32,000 nt of DNA from Desulfobulbus propionicus DSM 2032 (lineage in GTDB: Bacteria > Desulfobacterota > Desulfobulbia > Desulfobulbales > Desulfobulbaceae), in assembly GCF_000186885.1 (NCBI RefSeq), contig NC_014972.1, forward strand, positions 780,001 through 812,000. The letters run 5' to 3'. Shown here one piece after another: positions 8,325 to 16,307 of the stretch. The notes under the pieces were generated by a model. That model did no database searches, was not told where the DNA came from, and worked only from the letters and a program-made list of their open reading frames with translations. Each line of letters opens with the position of its first letter. Position 1 is the first letter of the stretch. The position numbers and the translations under genes were made by a program.

Positions 8325-9044
8325 TTATCCGACGATCATCAGGATGCCCAGTCCCATCAGCAAGCCGTAAACCAGCTGCAGGTAGCGGCGGCGGTTGATC
8401 CGTCCGCCGATTCGTGAGCCGATCATCGTGCCTGCCAGCACAAATGGCAGGGTGACCGCGAAGTAACCCAGGGTTTGCGCGCCGATCAGGCCGCTGAAGG
8501 CGTGGACGCCGGCGGTCAGGTAGCCGTTGATCATGAAAAATCCGGTGAGCGTGGCCTTGATCTCCTCCTTTTTCCAGTCGTGGAGGGTGGTGTAGATGAT
8601 GGCTGGCGGACCGCCGGCGGCCACGGTCGCGTTGATCGCCCCGGAAAAAAAACCGGCGATATATCCCCATGCGCGCGCGGGATTGATCGCCTTGGGGGTG
8701 AACACCAGATTGAAGCAGCTGACGCCGATCAGCAGCAGGCCCAGCAGGGTTTTGATCAGGTTGGGGTCAATCGTTTTGAGCAGCAGGGTGCCGGTATAGA
8801 TGCCCGGCAGGGAGCCGAGCAGCAGAGGGAGAATCTTGCGCCGATCGAGAAAGCGGCGCAGTTCCCAGGCCAGGGTGGTGGAAATGAGCAGGGTGCTGAT
8901 GATGCACACGCTCACCGCCAGCTTGACATCCATGATCAGGCACAGCAGGGGAATGGCCAGCAGGCCGGCGCCAAAACCGGTCAGCCCCTGGACCGTGCCG
9001 GCAAAAAGAAAAATGAGGCTGGCAAGGAGATAGGTGGTGCTCAT
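8325..9044 (-). CDS. TauE/SafE-family sulfite/organosulfonate exporter-like membrane protein
   Basis: 239 aa and polytopic. The typical N-terminus is FLFAGTVQGLTGFGAGLLAIPLL, and the second-half repeat is GFFSGAINATVAAGGPPAIIY. Confidence 0.85.
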   Translation of the reverse strand: MSTTYLLASLIFLFAGTVQGLTGFGAGLLAIPLLCLIMDVKLAVSVCIISTLLISTTLAWELRRFLDRRKILPLLLGSLPGIYTGTLLLKTIDPNLIKTLLGLLLIGVSCFNLVFTPKAINPARAWGYIAGFFSGAINATVAAGGPPAIIYTTLHDWKKEEIKATLTGFFMINGYLTAGVHAFSGLIGAQTLGYFAVTLPFVLAGTMIGSRIGGRINRRRYLQLVYGLLMGLGILMIVG

Positions 9045-9291
9045 GGGCGGCGTGCTCCGGGAAGAGGGATCGGAATAAGAGGGTCGTTCAGGTCAGGGGG
9101 CGTTGACTGGTGCCCCGGGCAGCGCGCGGACCTTGGCCGGGGGCTCGCACGCCACCTTAAACTGAACCGGGCGATGGGGGCAAGGGAAAGGCGGGTAGGG
9201 CGATGGAGATGTCGAGGGTGGGTCGTGATCCGTCCGGGGCGGCAACATGGTCAGTATGGGCAGCTTGTTTCTCCTCCTGATAATTTTTGCT

Positions 9292-9320
9292 TTGACGTTC
9301 AATACGTTATCCCCTAGAGT
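9292..9320 (+). promoter_or_regulatory. Candidate sigma70-type promoter for the antiporter gene
   Basis: TTGACG (9292-9297), a 17-nt spacer, then TAGAGT (9315-9320). An AT-rich tract CTGATAATTTTTGC lies just upstream. Confidence 0.4.
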
Positions 9321-9374
9321 GCGATTCTGGCCTTCGTGGTGGGCCGTTCACCTCTGCACCCCCTGAACAATTCC

Positions 9375-11090
9375 ATGGATGCGCTTCATCAACACAATAC
9401 CGCGATCCTGCTGCTTGCCCTGGGCGCCCTGCTGGCGGCTGCCAAGATCCTGGGCGAACTGGCGCGTCGGTTGCGGCAGCCGTCGGTACTCGGTGAGCTG
9501 CTGGCCGGCGTGCTGCTCGGACCGACCGTGCTCGGCACCCTGGCGCCGGAGGCCAACGCTTTCCTCTTCCCCCAGGAGGGGCCGATGGCATCGGCCCTGG
9601 ATGCCATTGCCGGTGTGGCGGTGACCCTCTTTCTCATGGTGGCCGGGCTGGAGGTCGATCTCTCCAATGTCTGGCGCAAGGGCTGGGTCGGGCTCAAGGT
9701 GGGGGTGGCCAGCATTGCCATCCCCTTTGGAGCCGGCTTTGCCATTGCCTGGGGCCTGCCGCAGATTTTCGACCTGCCGTCGGATGTCAGCCCCCTGCTG
9801 TTCGCCCTATTCCTGGCCATCGCCATGTCGATCTCGGCCCTGCCGGTGATCGTCAAGACCCTGCTCGACCTCAACCTCTATCGCAGCGATTTCGGGGTGG
9901 TGGTGGTCAGCGCCGCCATCTTCAACGATCTGGTCGGCTGGATCATCTTCGCCGTGGTGCTGGGATTGATCGACAACGTGGCCGGCATGGGCAACGGCAT
10001 CACCCTGACCGTGTCGCTCGCCCTGGGTTTCATCCTCTTTGTCTTCACTATTGGCCGCAAGCTGATCCACCGGCTGCTGCCCTATGTCCAGGCCTATACC
10101 TGGTGGCCCGGCGGCGAGATCGGCTTTGTGATCATCCTCAGCCTGTTGGGCGCGGCCTTTACCGAATGGATCGGCATTCATGCCATCTTCGGCGCTTTCT
10201 TCATCGGCATGGCGGTGGGCGACTCGCCCCACTTGCGCCGGCGCAGCCGCTACATCCTCGATCAGTTCGTGTCCAGCGTCTTTTCACCGCTCTTTTTCGC
10301 CAGTATCGGCTTGAAGGTCAACTTTATCACCCGGTTTGACGGGGTGCTGGTGCTGATCGTGTTTGTCGCGGCTTGCGTCTGCAAGCTGGTGGGTGGCGCG
10401 GCGGGCGCCAAGTGGGGACGGATGGGGAGCCGCGAGTCGCTGGCGGTGGGCTTTGCCATGAATTCGCGCGGGGCGATGGAGATCATTCTTGGCCTGCTGG
10501 CCCTGGAACGGGGGATCATTTCCCAGGAGCTGTTCGTGGCCCTGGTGATCACCGCCATCCTCACCTCGATGATGGGTGGGCCGATGATGCAGCTGATCCT
10601 GCAACCGGCGCGCAAGGCAAGGCTGGAGGATGCGTTCCGTTTCGGCCTCTTTCTGCCCGAGTTGCGGGCCGACTCGATCAAGGGAGTGATCGAGGAGATG
10701 ACCGCCGTCGTCGGCCAGGTGCTGGGCGGGAGGCTGGAGCCGTACGTGGTCTCCCGGGTCAGCTGCGCGCCCGAGGATGTGGCCTGCGCGGCCATCGTCA
10801 ACGATGTGCTCTTGCTGGCCGCAGGCGTGGACCACATCAGCCAGCCCTACGTGGTCACCGGCCTCTCCACTCAAGGGGTCGGGTTGTCGTTCATGGACAC
10901 GCAGCGCGCCCACGTGGTCTTTCTCATCCTGTCGCCGAAGAACGATCCGGCCATTCGCGGCGACATGGTGGCCGAGCTTTCGCTGTTGTACCGCGATCAG
11001 GCGATGATCGACCAGACCCTGCAGGCCCGGAGCTTCACCGAGTTTCTTGCCCTGATTCGAACCTCGACCGTGTATCTGCAGAAGGAGTAG
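9375..11090 (+). CDS. CPA2-family cation:proton antiporter (Kef/NapA-like) with a C-terminal PTS-EIIA(type 2)-like domain
   Basis: The transporter N-terminus is ILLLALGALLAAAKILGELARRLRQPSVLGELLAGVLLGPTVLG, followed by about 12 hydrophobic segments. The C-terminal ~150 aa (from about nt 10615) follow the EIIA-2 pattern (LRADSIKGVIEEM..., [27 protein letters not shown]). I chose ATG 9375 over the track's GTG 9336; neither has a good SD. Confidence 0.85.
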   Translation: MDALHQHNTAILLLALGALLAAAKILGELARRLRQPSVLGELLAGVLLGPTVLGTLAPEANAFLFPQEGPMASALDAIAGVAVTLFLMVAGLEVDLSNVWRKGWVGLKVGVASIAIPFGAGFAIAWGLPQIFDLPSDVSPLLFALFLAIAMSISALPVIVKTLLDLNLYRSDFGVVVVSAAIFNDLVGWIIFAVVLGLIDNVAGMGNGITLTVSLALGFILFVFTIGRKLIHRLLPYVQAYTWWPGGEIGFVIILSLLGAAFTEWIGIHAIFGAFFIGMAVGDSPHLRRRSRYILDQFVSSVFSPLFFASIGLKVNFITRFDGVLVLIVFVAACVCKLVGGAAGAKWGRMGSRESLAVGFAMNSRGAMEIILGLLALERGIISQELFVALVITAILTSMMGGPMMQLILQPARKARLEDAFRFGLFLPELRADSIKGVIEEMTAVVGQVLGGRLEPYVVSRVSCAPEDVACAAIVNDVLLLAAGVDHISQPYVVTGLSTQGVGLSFMDTQRAHVVFLILSPKNDPAIRGDMVAELSLLYRDQAMIDQTLQARSFTEFLALIRTSTVYLQKE

Positions 11091-12201
11091 GGGCCGGGCG
11101 GGTGGCCCGAGCCGGCGGAAAGGGCAGAATCAGCTGGCGGATGCGCATCCGCCGGGCCTCCTGCTCGTTGCACAGGTTGGCCACCGTCACCCCGAGCAGG
11201 CGAATCCTTCGCCGTCCGGCCTCGGTGGCGGCCAGCAGCCGAGGCAGTTGGGCGAGGATGTCCTGTGCCGAGAAAAACCCCTGGGGAGTGGTGCTGGAAC
11301 GGGTGATGGTGGTGAAATCGTTGTAGCGCACCTTGAGCGTCAGGGTACGGCCGCCGGTTGCTTTCTCGGCCAGCAGCCGGCTCACCTGTTGCACCAACTG
11401 ATAGAGCACCACGCTCACCCGCGCATAGTCGAGGATATCCTCGGCGAGCGTGGTTTCCGCGCCGATCGACTTGCGCACCCGCACCGGCTGCACCGGCCGC
11501 TGGTCGAGGCCGCGGGCGATGTCGTGAAAAAAATGACCGGTCTTGCCGAACAGGGCGACCATCTCCTGGCGGGAAAAGCGGAGCAGGTCGGCGCCGGTGC
11601 GGATGCCGTGCGCCTGCATTTTCCGCTCCGTGGCCGGACCGACGCCGTAAAACTTGCCGATGGGCAGGGCGGCGATGAAGTCCCTGGCCCGGTCCGGCGG
11701 GATCACGGTGAGGCCGTCGGGTTTGTGGTAGCCGGAGGCGATCTTGGCCAGGAATTTATTGTAGGAGACCCCGGCCGAGGCGGTCAGACCGGTGGTTTCG
11801 CGGATGGCCGCGCGGATGGCCTGGGCGATGCGGGTGGCCGAGGGCTCGCCCATGAGGTTGTCGGTGACGTCGAGGAAAGCTTCGTCCACGGACAGCTGTT
11901 CCACCAGGGGGGTATAGCGGCGGAACAGGGTCATGATCTGGCGCGACATCTCCTGGTAGCGCGCCATGCGCGGGCGAATGAACACCGCCTGCGGACACAG
12001 CTGGTGGGCGCGTACGCTGGGCATGGCCGAATGGATGCCAAAGGCCCTGGCTTCGTAGGAACAGGCCGCGACCACCCCCCGGCTGTTGGGCGCGCCACCG
12101 ACAATCACCGGCAGGCCGAGCAGCTCGGGCCGGTCCAACTGTTCGACCGAGGCGAAAAAGGCATCCATGTCGATGTGAATGATTTTGCGGGTGGTCGGCA
12201 T
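11035..12201 (-). CDS. dinB: DNA polymerase IV (Y-family translesion polymerase)
   Basis: [36 protein letters not shown], plus [10 protein letters not shown] and the little-finger region. The start is trimmed to ATG 12201. The 3' end carries a ~28-aa Pro/Ala/Arg-rich tail beyond the usual C-terminus and overlaps the antiporter gene by 56 nt. Confidence 0.9.
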   Translation of the reverse strand: MPTTRKIIHIDMDAFFASVEQLDRPELLGLPVIVGGAPNSRGVVAACSYEARAFGIHSAMPSVRAHQLCPQAVFIRPRMARYQEMSRQIMTLFRRYTPLVEQLSVDEAFLDVTDNLMGEPSATRIAQAIRAAIRETTGLTASAGVSYNKFLAKIASGYHKPDGLTVIPPDRARDFIAALPIGKFYGVGPATERKMQAHGIRTGADLLRFSRQEMVALFGKTGHFFHDIARGLDQRPVQPVRVRKSIGAETTLAEDILDYARVSVVLYQLVQQVSRLLAEKATGGRTLTLKVRYNDFTTITRSSTTPQGFFSAQDILAQLPRLLAATEAGRRRIRLLGVTVANLCNEQEARRMRIRQLILPFPPARATRPAPTPSADTRSRFESGQETR

Positions 12202-12331
12202 GCGGGCAAGGCGGCACGGAGCCGGTGTTATCTCCATTGACGCTGTGGGCGGCCATGGCTATTATCGGTCGATTACACGGTGTGATGCGCCGAAAGGGTA
12301 CACGAAAAAACAGGACAGGGAAACAGACAAA

Positions 12332-13360
12332 ATGGAAAGGTATCACGAGCGCCGGCAACAGCTGCACCAGCAGCCCGCCACCTGGCTGGTCACCGGCGTT
12401 GCCGGATTTATCGGCTCGAATTTACTGGAAAGTTTGCTGGTCTTGGGGCAACGGGTGGTTGGCCTGGACAACTTCGCCACCGGGTTTCAGCATAACCTGG
12501 ACGAGGTGCGGACGCGGGTGGGCGCGGCGGCTTGGCAGCGGTTCTGTTTCATCGAGGGCGATATCCGCGAACTGGCTGTCTGCCGCGAGGCCTGCACCGG
12601 CGTGGATTATGTGCTCCATCAGGCGGCGCTTGGCTCGGTGCCCCGTTCGATCGAGGACCCGATCACCACCAACGAGAGCAACATCACCGGCTTTGTCAAC
12701 ATGCTGGTGGCGGCGAGGGATGCCAGGGTGCGCCGCATGGTCTATGCCGCCTCCAGCTCCACCTACGGCGACCACCCCGACCTGCCCAAGGTCGAGGAGC
12801 GGATCGGCAACCCGCTCTCGCCCTATGCGGTCACCAAGCTGGTCAACGAGCTGTATGCTGATGTTTTTGGCCGCGTCTACGGTTTTGCACCCATTGGCCT
12901 GCGCTACTTCAACATCTTCGGTCAGCGCCAGGACCCGGATGGCGCCTATGCGGCGGTCATTCCCAAGTGGTTTGCCGGCTTGCTCAAAAATGAACCGATC
13001 TACATCAACGGCGACGGCGAAACCAGCCGCGACTTCTGCTTCATCGACAACTGCGTCCAGGCCAACATCCTCGCCGCCACCGCCGACGACCAGGCTGCCG
13101 GCCAGGTCTACAACGTGGCGTTTGGCGAGCGCACCACGCTCAACGAACTGTTCGCCCTCATCCGCGAACGGGTGACGACGCGCATGCCAGCCGCGGCCCA
13201 GGCCGAACCCGTCTACCGCGACTTCCGTGCCGGCGATGTGCGCCACTCCCTGGCCGATATCTCCAAGGGGGCCCGGCTGATAGGCTACCAGCCCGAATAC
13301 TCGGTGCGCACTGGGCTCGACAAGGCGGCGGATTGGTATATGGAGAGGTTTTTAGGGTGA
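12332..13360 (+). CDS. NAD-dependent nucleotide-sugar 4-epimerase (WbpP/TviC-like extended SDR)
   Basis: [19 protein letters not shown]...[20 protein letters not shown], catalytic YAVTKLVNE, and [23 protein letters not shown]. The start is trimmed from the track's 12179 (which overlaps dinB) to ATG 12332. Confidence 0.85.
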   Translation: MERYHERRQQLHQQPATWLVTGVAGFIGSNLLESLLVLGQRVVGLDNFATGFQHNLDEVRTRVGAAAWQRFCFIEGDIRELAVCREACTGVDYVLHQAALGSVPRSIEDPITTNESNITGFVNMLVAARDARVRRMVYAASSSTYGDHPDLPKVEERIGNPLSPYAVTKLVNELYADVFGRVYGFAPIGLRYFNIFGQRQDPDGAYAAVIPKWFAGLLKNEPIYINGDGETSRDFCFIDNCVQANILAATADDQAAGQVYNVAFGERTTLNELFALIRERVTTRMPAAAQAEPVYRDFRAGDVRHSLADISKGARLIGYQPEYSVRTGLDKAADWYMERFLG

Positions 13361-13476
13361 TAGGTTGATAGTCTACGAGGGGGAGGATAGAAACGCGTTG
13401 TTTGCGTGCCCACCGTTTGATGTGATGGTGCCCTCCAAGTCTACACCATAAATTTTCATCAAAGAGGTATTCAAGC

Positions 13477-13638
13477 GTGAATCCATCGAAATGGAAAAAA
13501 GAGAAAAAGGTGGAATTTGGACCGCAACCGCCCCCGAAACTGCTGACCACCAAGGGCCTGATCATTCGCGGCATCATCTTCATCGCCTCGCTCGCGGGTG
13601 CAGGGTATCTGCTTTGGCTGGAGTTCAGCGGCAAATGA
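13477..13638 (+). CDS. Hypothetical 53-aa single-pass membrane protein (not in the ORF track)
   Basis: GTG 13477 has AAGAGG 9 nt upstream (13462-13467). The translation is MNPSKWKKEKKVEFGPQPPPKLLTTKGLIIRGIIFIASLAGAGYLLWLEFSGK, a Lys-rich N-terminus followed by one clear TM helix. The second half uses the GC3-rich codons of the host genes (ctg acc aag ggc atc ttc gcc). An in-frame stop at 13423 excludes a longer form. Confidence 0.45.
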   Translation: MNPSKWKKEKKVEFGPQPPPKLLTTKGLIIRGIIFIASLAGAGYLLWLEFSGK

Positions 13639-13760
13639 ATCCAGCGGAATCCGGCTTAGGCGGGTACCGGTTGCGATACAACACGACGACGACCGCAGAG
13701 GACAAAATCCCCTGCCGCGATCCGTTCCATCGCAAAGCCGTTTTGGCAGACTAAAAGCCG

Positions 13761-13834
13761 GGTAGGGTGGGTACGCACCCCACCGATGGTATCGACTCCC
13801 GGTGGGCAAAGAAACAGCCCTTTGCCCACCCTAC
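13761..13834. repeat. Nested REP-like palindromic element built on GGTGGG(CA)/(TG)CCCACC
   Basis: The outer inverted repeat is GTAGGGTGGG (13762-13771) with CCCACCCTAC (13825-13834). Inner hairpin 1 is GGTGGG-TACGCAC-CCCACC (13766-13784). Inner hairpin 2 is a perfect 11-bp stem, GGTGGGCAAAG (13801-13811) with CTTTGCCCACC (13820-13830), around an 8-nt loop. A further GTGCCCACC copy lies near 13406-13415. Confidence 0.6.
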
Positions 13835-13887
13835 TAACTCACAGCCTAATAGACTATAAACTTTCACTTCCTCCAAGGAGTCCCCCC

Positions 13888-14982
13888 ATGTCCAGCACCC
13901 TCGGCACCCTCTACAAAGTCACCACCTTCGGCGAATCGCACTGCAAGGGCGTCGGCGCCATTGTCGACGGCTGCCCGCCCGGTATGGCCCTGACCGAGGC
14001 CGACATCCAACCGCAGCTCTCCCGCCGCCGGCCGGGCCAGAGCGACCTCTCGACCCCGCGCCAGGAGGCCGATCAGGTGACCATCTATTCGGGCACCGAG
14101 TTCGGCCGTACTCTGGGCACGCCGATCATGCTGCTGGTCAACAACAAGGACCAGCGGCCGCAGGACTACGGCGAGATGAGCCGCATTCCCCGGCCCTCGC
14201 ACGCCGATTTCACCTACCAGATGAAGTACGGCGTGCGCGCCTCCAGCGGCGGCGGCCGCTCCAGTGCCCGCGAGACCATCGGCCGGGTAGCGGCGGGTGC
14301 CATTGCCGAGAAGTGGCTCCATGAAACCTACGGCACCGAGATCGTGGCCTGGGTGAGCGCGGTGGGCGATATCGAGGCCCCGGCAATGGATGTGGAGCGG
14401 ATCAGCCGAGCCGATGTCGACGCCCACCTCGTCCGCTGCCCGGACGCGGCCACCGCCGCCCGCATGGAGGCACGGGTCAAGGAGGTGCTGGCGGCCAAGG
14501 ATTCCACCGGCGGCATCCTCACCTGCGTGTGCCGCAACGTGCCCATCGGTCTGGGCGAGCCGGTGTTCGACAAACTGGAAGCCCGGCTCGCCCAGGCCAT
14601 GCTCTCCTTGCCCGCCACCAAGGGGTTCGACATCGGTTCCGGTTTTGCCGGCACCCGCATGCGCGGCAGCGAGCACAACGATCCCTTTACCCGCAAGGGG
14701 GAACAACTGGGCACCCGCACCAACTACAGCGGCGGCGTCCAGGGCGGCATCAGCAACGGCGAGCCCATCGTTTTCCGCGTGGCCTTCAAGCCGGTGGCCA
14801 CCATTGGCCAGGCCCAGGAAACGGTGGATTTCGACGGCCAGCCGGTCACCCTGGAGGCCAAGGGTCGTCACGATCCCTGCGTGGTGCCCCGTGCCGTGCC
14901 CATCGTCGAGTCCATGGCCGCGCTGGTGCTCATCGACCTGGCGCTGCGGCAGCGGGCCAGGTTGACGGTCAGCCCCTTGTGA
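13888..14982 (+). CDS. aroC: Chorismate synthase
   Basis: [78 protein letters not shown] and [22 protein letters not shown] lies 7 nt upstream of ATG 13888. The track's longer start at 13786 runs through the repeat element. Confidence 0.95.
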   Translation: MSSTLGTLYKVTTFGESHCKGVGAIVDGCPPGMALTEADIQPQLSRRRPGQSDLSTPRQEADQVTIYSGTEFGRTLGTPIMLLVNNKDQRPQDYGEMSRIPRPSHADFTYQMKYGVRASSGGGRSSARETIGRVAAGAIAEKWLHETYGTEIVAWVSAVGDIEAPAMDVERISRADVDAHLVRCPDAATAARMEARVKEVLAAKDSTGGILTCVCRNVPIGLGEPVFDKLEARLAQAMLSLPATKGFDIGSGFAGTRMRGSEHNDPFTRKGEQLGTRTNYSGGVQGGISNGEPIVFRVAFKPVATIGQAQETVDFDGQPVTLEAKGRHDPCVVPRAVPIVESMAALVLIDLALRQRARLTVSPL

Positions 14983-14993
14983 GGAGCGGCGGC

Positions 14994-16067
14994 ATGCTGG
15001 AACATCCGGCCTCGATCCTGGTGGTCGAGGATTCGCCGATCAACCAGCGGCTGCTGTGCAAGCTGCTTGGCAAGGAGGGCTACGCGGTCAGGACCGCCGA
15101 TCACGGCCAGGAGGCCCTGGCGCTGCTGCGGACCTTTCGGCCGGATCTGATCCTGCTCGATATTCTCATGCCGCAGATGGACGGCCTGGAACTCTGCCGG
15201 CTGCTCAAGGTCGGGGAGGCCACCCGCGACATTCCGGTGATCTTCATTTCCTCGCTCGACGACACCTCGGACAAGCTCAGCGGTTTCGAGGCCGGCGGCG
15301 TCGACTATATCACCAAGCCCTTTCATCCGGCCGAGGTCCTGGCCCGGATCAGCACCCATCTCAAGCTGTGCCGCCTGCAACGGCAGCTGGAGGAGCGCAA
15401 CCGTCAGCTGGGCCTGGAAAAACAGAAGTCCGAGGCCCTGCTGCTCAATGTCCTGCCAGCCCGGGTCGCCCACGAACTGATGGAGCGCGGGGCGTACACG
15501 CCGCAATCCTTTCCCGAGGTGACGGTCTGTTTTGTCGATATCGTCCAGTTCACCGTGGCCGCCACCACCCTGTCGCCGGAAGAGCTGCTGGGCGAGCTCA
15601 ATGCCCTGTTCGGCGCCTTTGATCGGATCGTCGAGGCCAACCATTGCGAGCGGATGAAGACCATCGGCGACGCCTATCTCTTTGTCGCCGGCATTCCCGA
15701 GGCCAGCCCGGATCAGGTGAGGAACGCAGCCCTGGCCGCCCTGGGGATCGTCGAATATCTGCGGGAGCGCAACCGCTCCGGGGCCCGGCCGTGGCAGGTG
15801 CGCATCGGTTTGCACTGCGGCCCGGTGGTGGGCGGCATTGTCGGCACCAAGAAATATCTCTACGATATCTTCGGTGACGCAGTCAACATCGCCGCCCGCC
15901 TGGAAGCCCTGTCCGAACCGATGCGGATCAATGTCTCGACCGAGGTTCGCCGCCGGCTGGACGGCGCCTTCGACTTTTCCTGCCCCTTGAGCGTGGAAAT
16001 GAAGGGCAAGGGACAGCAGTCGACCTGTTTTCTCGAGGGGCGGCGCGGCCAGACCTCTGGTGGTTAG
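14994..16067 (+). CDS. Response-regulator receiver domain fused to a class III adenylate cyclase domain
   Basis: REC domain: ILVVEDSPINQRLL...DLILLDILMPQMDGLEL...YITKPF. A coiled-coil linker follows. CYCc domain: VTVCFVDIVQFT, MKTIGDAYLF, RIGLHCGPVVGGIVG, YDIFGDAVNIAARLE. The Lys (KTIGD) and Asp (YDIFG) specificity pair predicts ATP as substrate. GAGGAG overlaps the aroC stop 7 nt before the ATG. Confidence 0.9.
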   Translation: MLEHPASILVVEDSPINQRLLCKLLGKEGYAVRTADHGQEALALLRTFRPDLILLDILMPQMDGLELCRLLKVGEATRDIPVIFISSLDDTSDKLSGFEAGGVDYITKPFHPAEVLARISTHLKLCRLQRQLEERNRQLGLEKQKSEALLLNVLPARVAHELMERGAYTPQSFPEVTVCFVDIVQFTVAATTLSPEELLGELNALFGAFDRIVEANHCERMKTIGDAYLFVAGIPEASPDQVRNAALAALGIVEYLRERNRSGARPWQVRIGLHCGPVVGGIVGTKKYLYDIFGDAVNIAARLEALSEPMRINVSTEVRRRLDGAFDFSCPLSVEMKGKGQQSTCFLEGRRGQTSGG

Positions 16068-16307
16068 GCGACCGGGCCGTGGATGGCGAGCGGATGCCAT
16101 GGTCGCTGGCCGCATCGAGAAGGTGCGGCTTTACCTTGTCCTGAGCCAATTTTTCTGCTACGGAGGAGTGCTGCCAACACGGGCGTGGCGATCAGCAAGC
16201 GATTTGTCCGCGCCGCTCTTTCTGAACCTGCTCGACGACGATTCCATGTTGCCACCGTGCCCTCTTCTTCTGTTCTGTCCCCCCATGCCTTGCCTGGATA
16301 CCCTGCC

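Noticed and set aside
8645-8652. A8/T8 homopolymer inside tauE as a possible phase-variation tract
   Set aside because: It encodes the GFFSG segment in frame. Eight residues is short for slipped-strand switching, and there is no other sign of contingency-locus behaviour.
12202-12331. Search for a LexA/SOS box upstream of dinB
   Set aside because: I found only a weak ACAC-G-GTGT palindrome (about 12276-12284). I saw no CTGT-N8-ACAG, GGTT-N2-C-N4-G-N3-ACC or TTAC-N3-GTAA type site, so I cannot support SOS regulation from the sequence.
13491-13754. 87-aa track ORF in the epimerase/aroC intergenic region
   Set aside because: It has no SD, His/Arg/Pro-rich composition and inconsistent third-position GC. 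The overlapping 53-codon frame (13477-13638) gives a far more protein-like product.
14994-16067. Idea that the cyclase marks a CBASS- or Pycsar-like antiphage signalling system
   Set aside because: The catalytic domain is a class III adenylate cyclase with a REC input, not a CD-NTase or Pycsar cyclase. No effector with a nucleotide-sensing domain is recognisable next to it.
16083-16307. N-terminal 75-codon extension of the DUF2868-like ORF (track start at 16083)
   Set aside because: The extension translates as Arg/Pro/Ala/Ser-rich sequence (MASGCHGRWPHREGAALPCPEP...) unlike the rest of the protein. The true start remains uncertain, and GTG 16308 is only my best guess.
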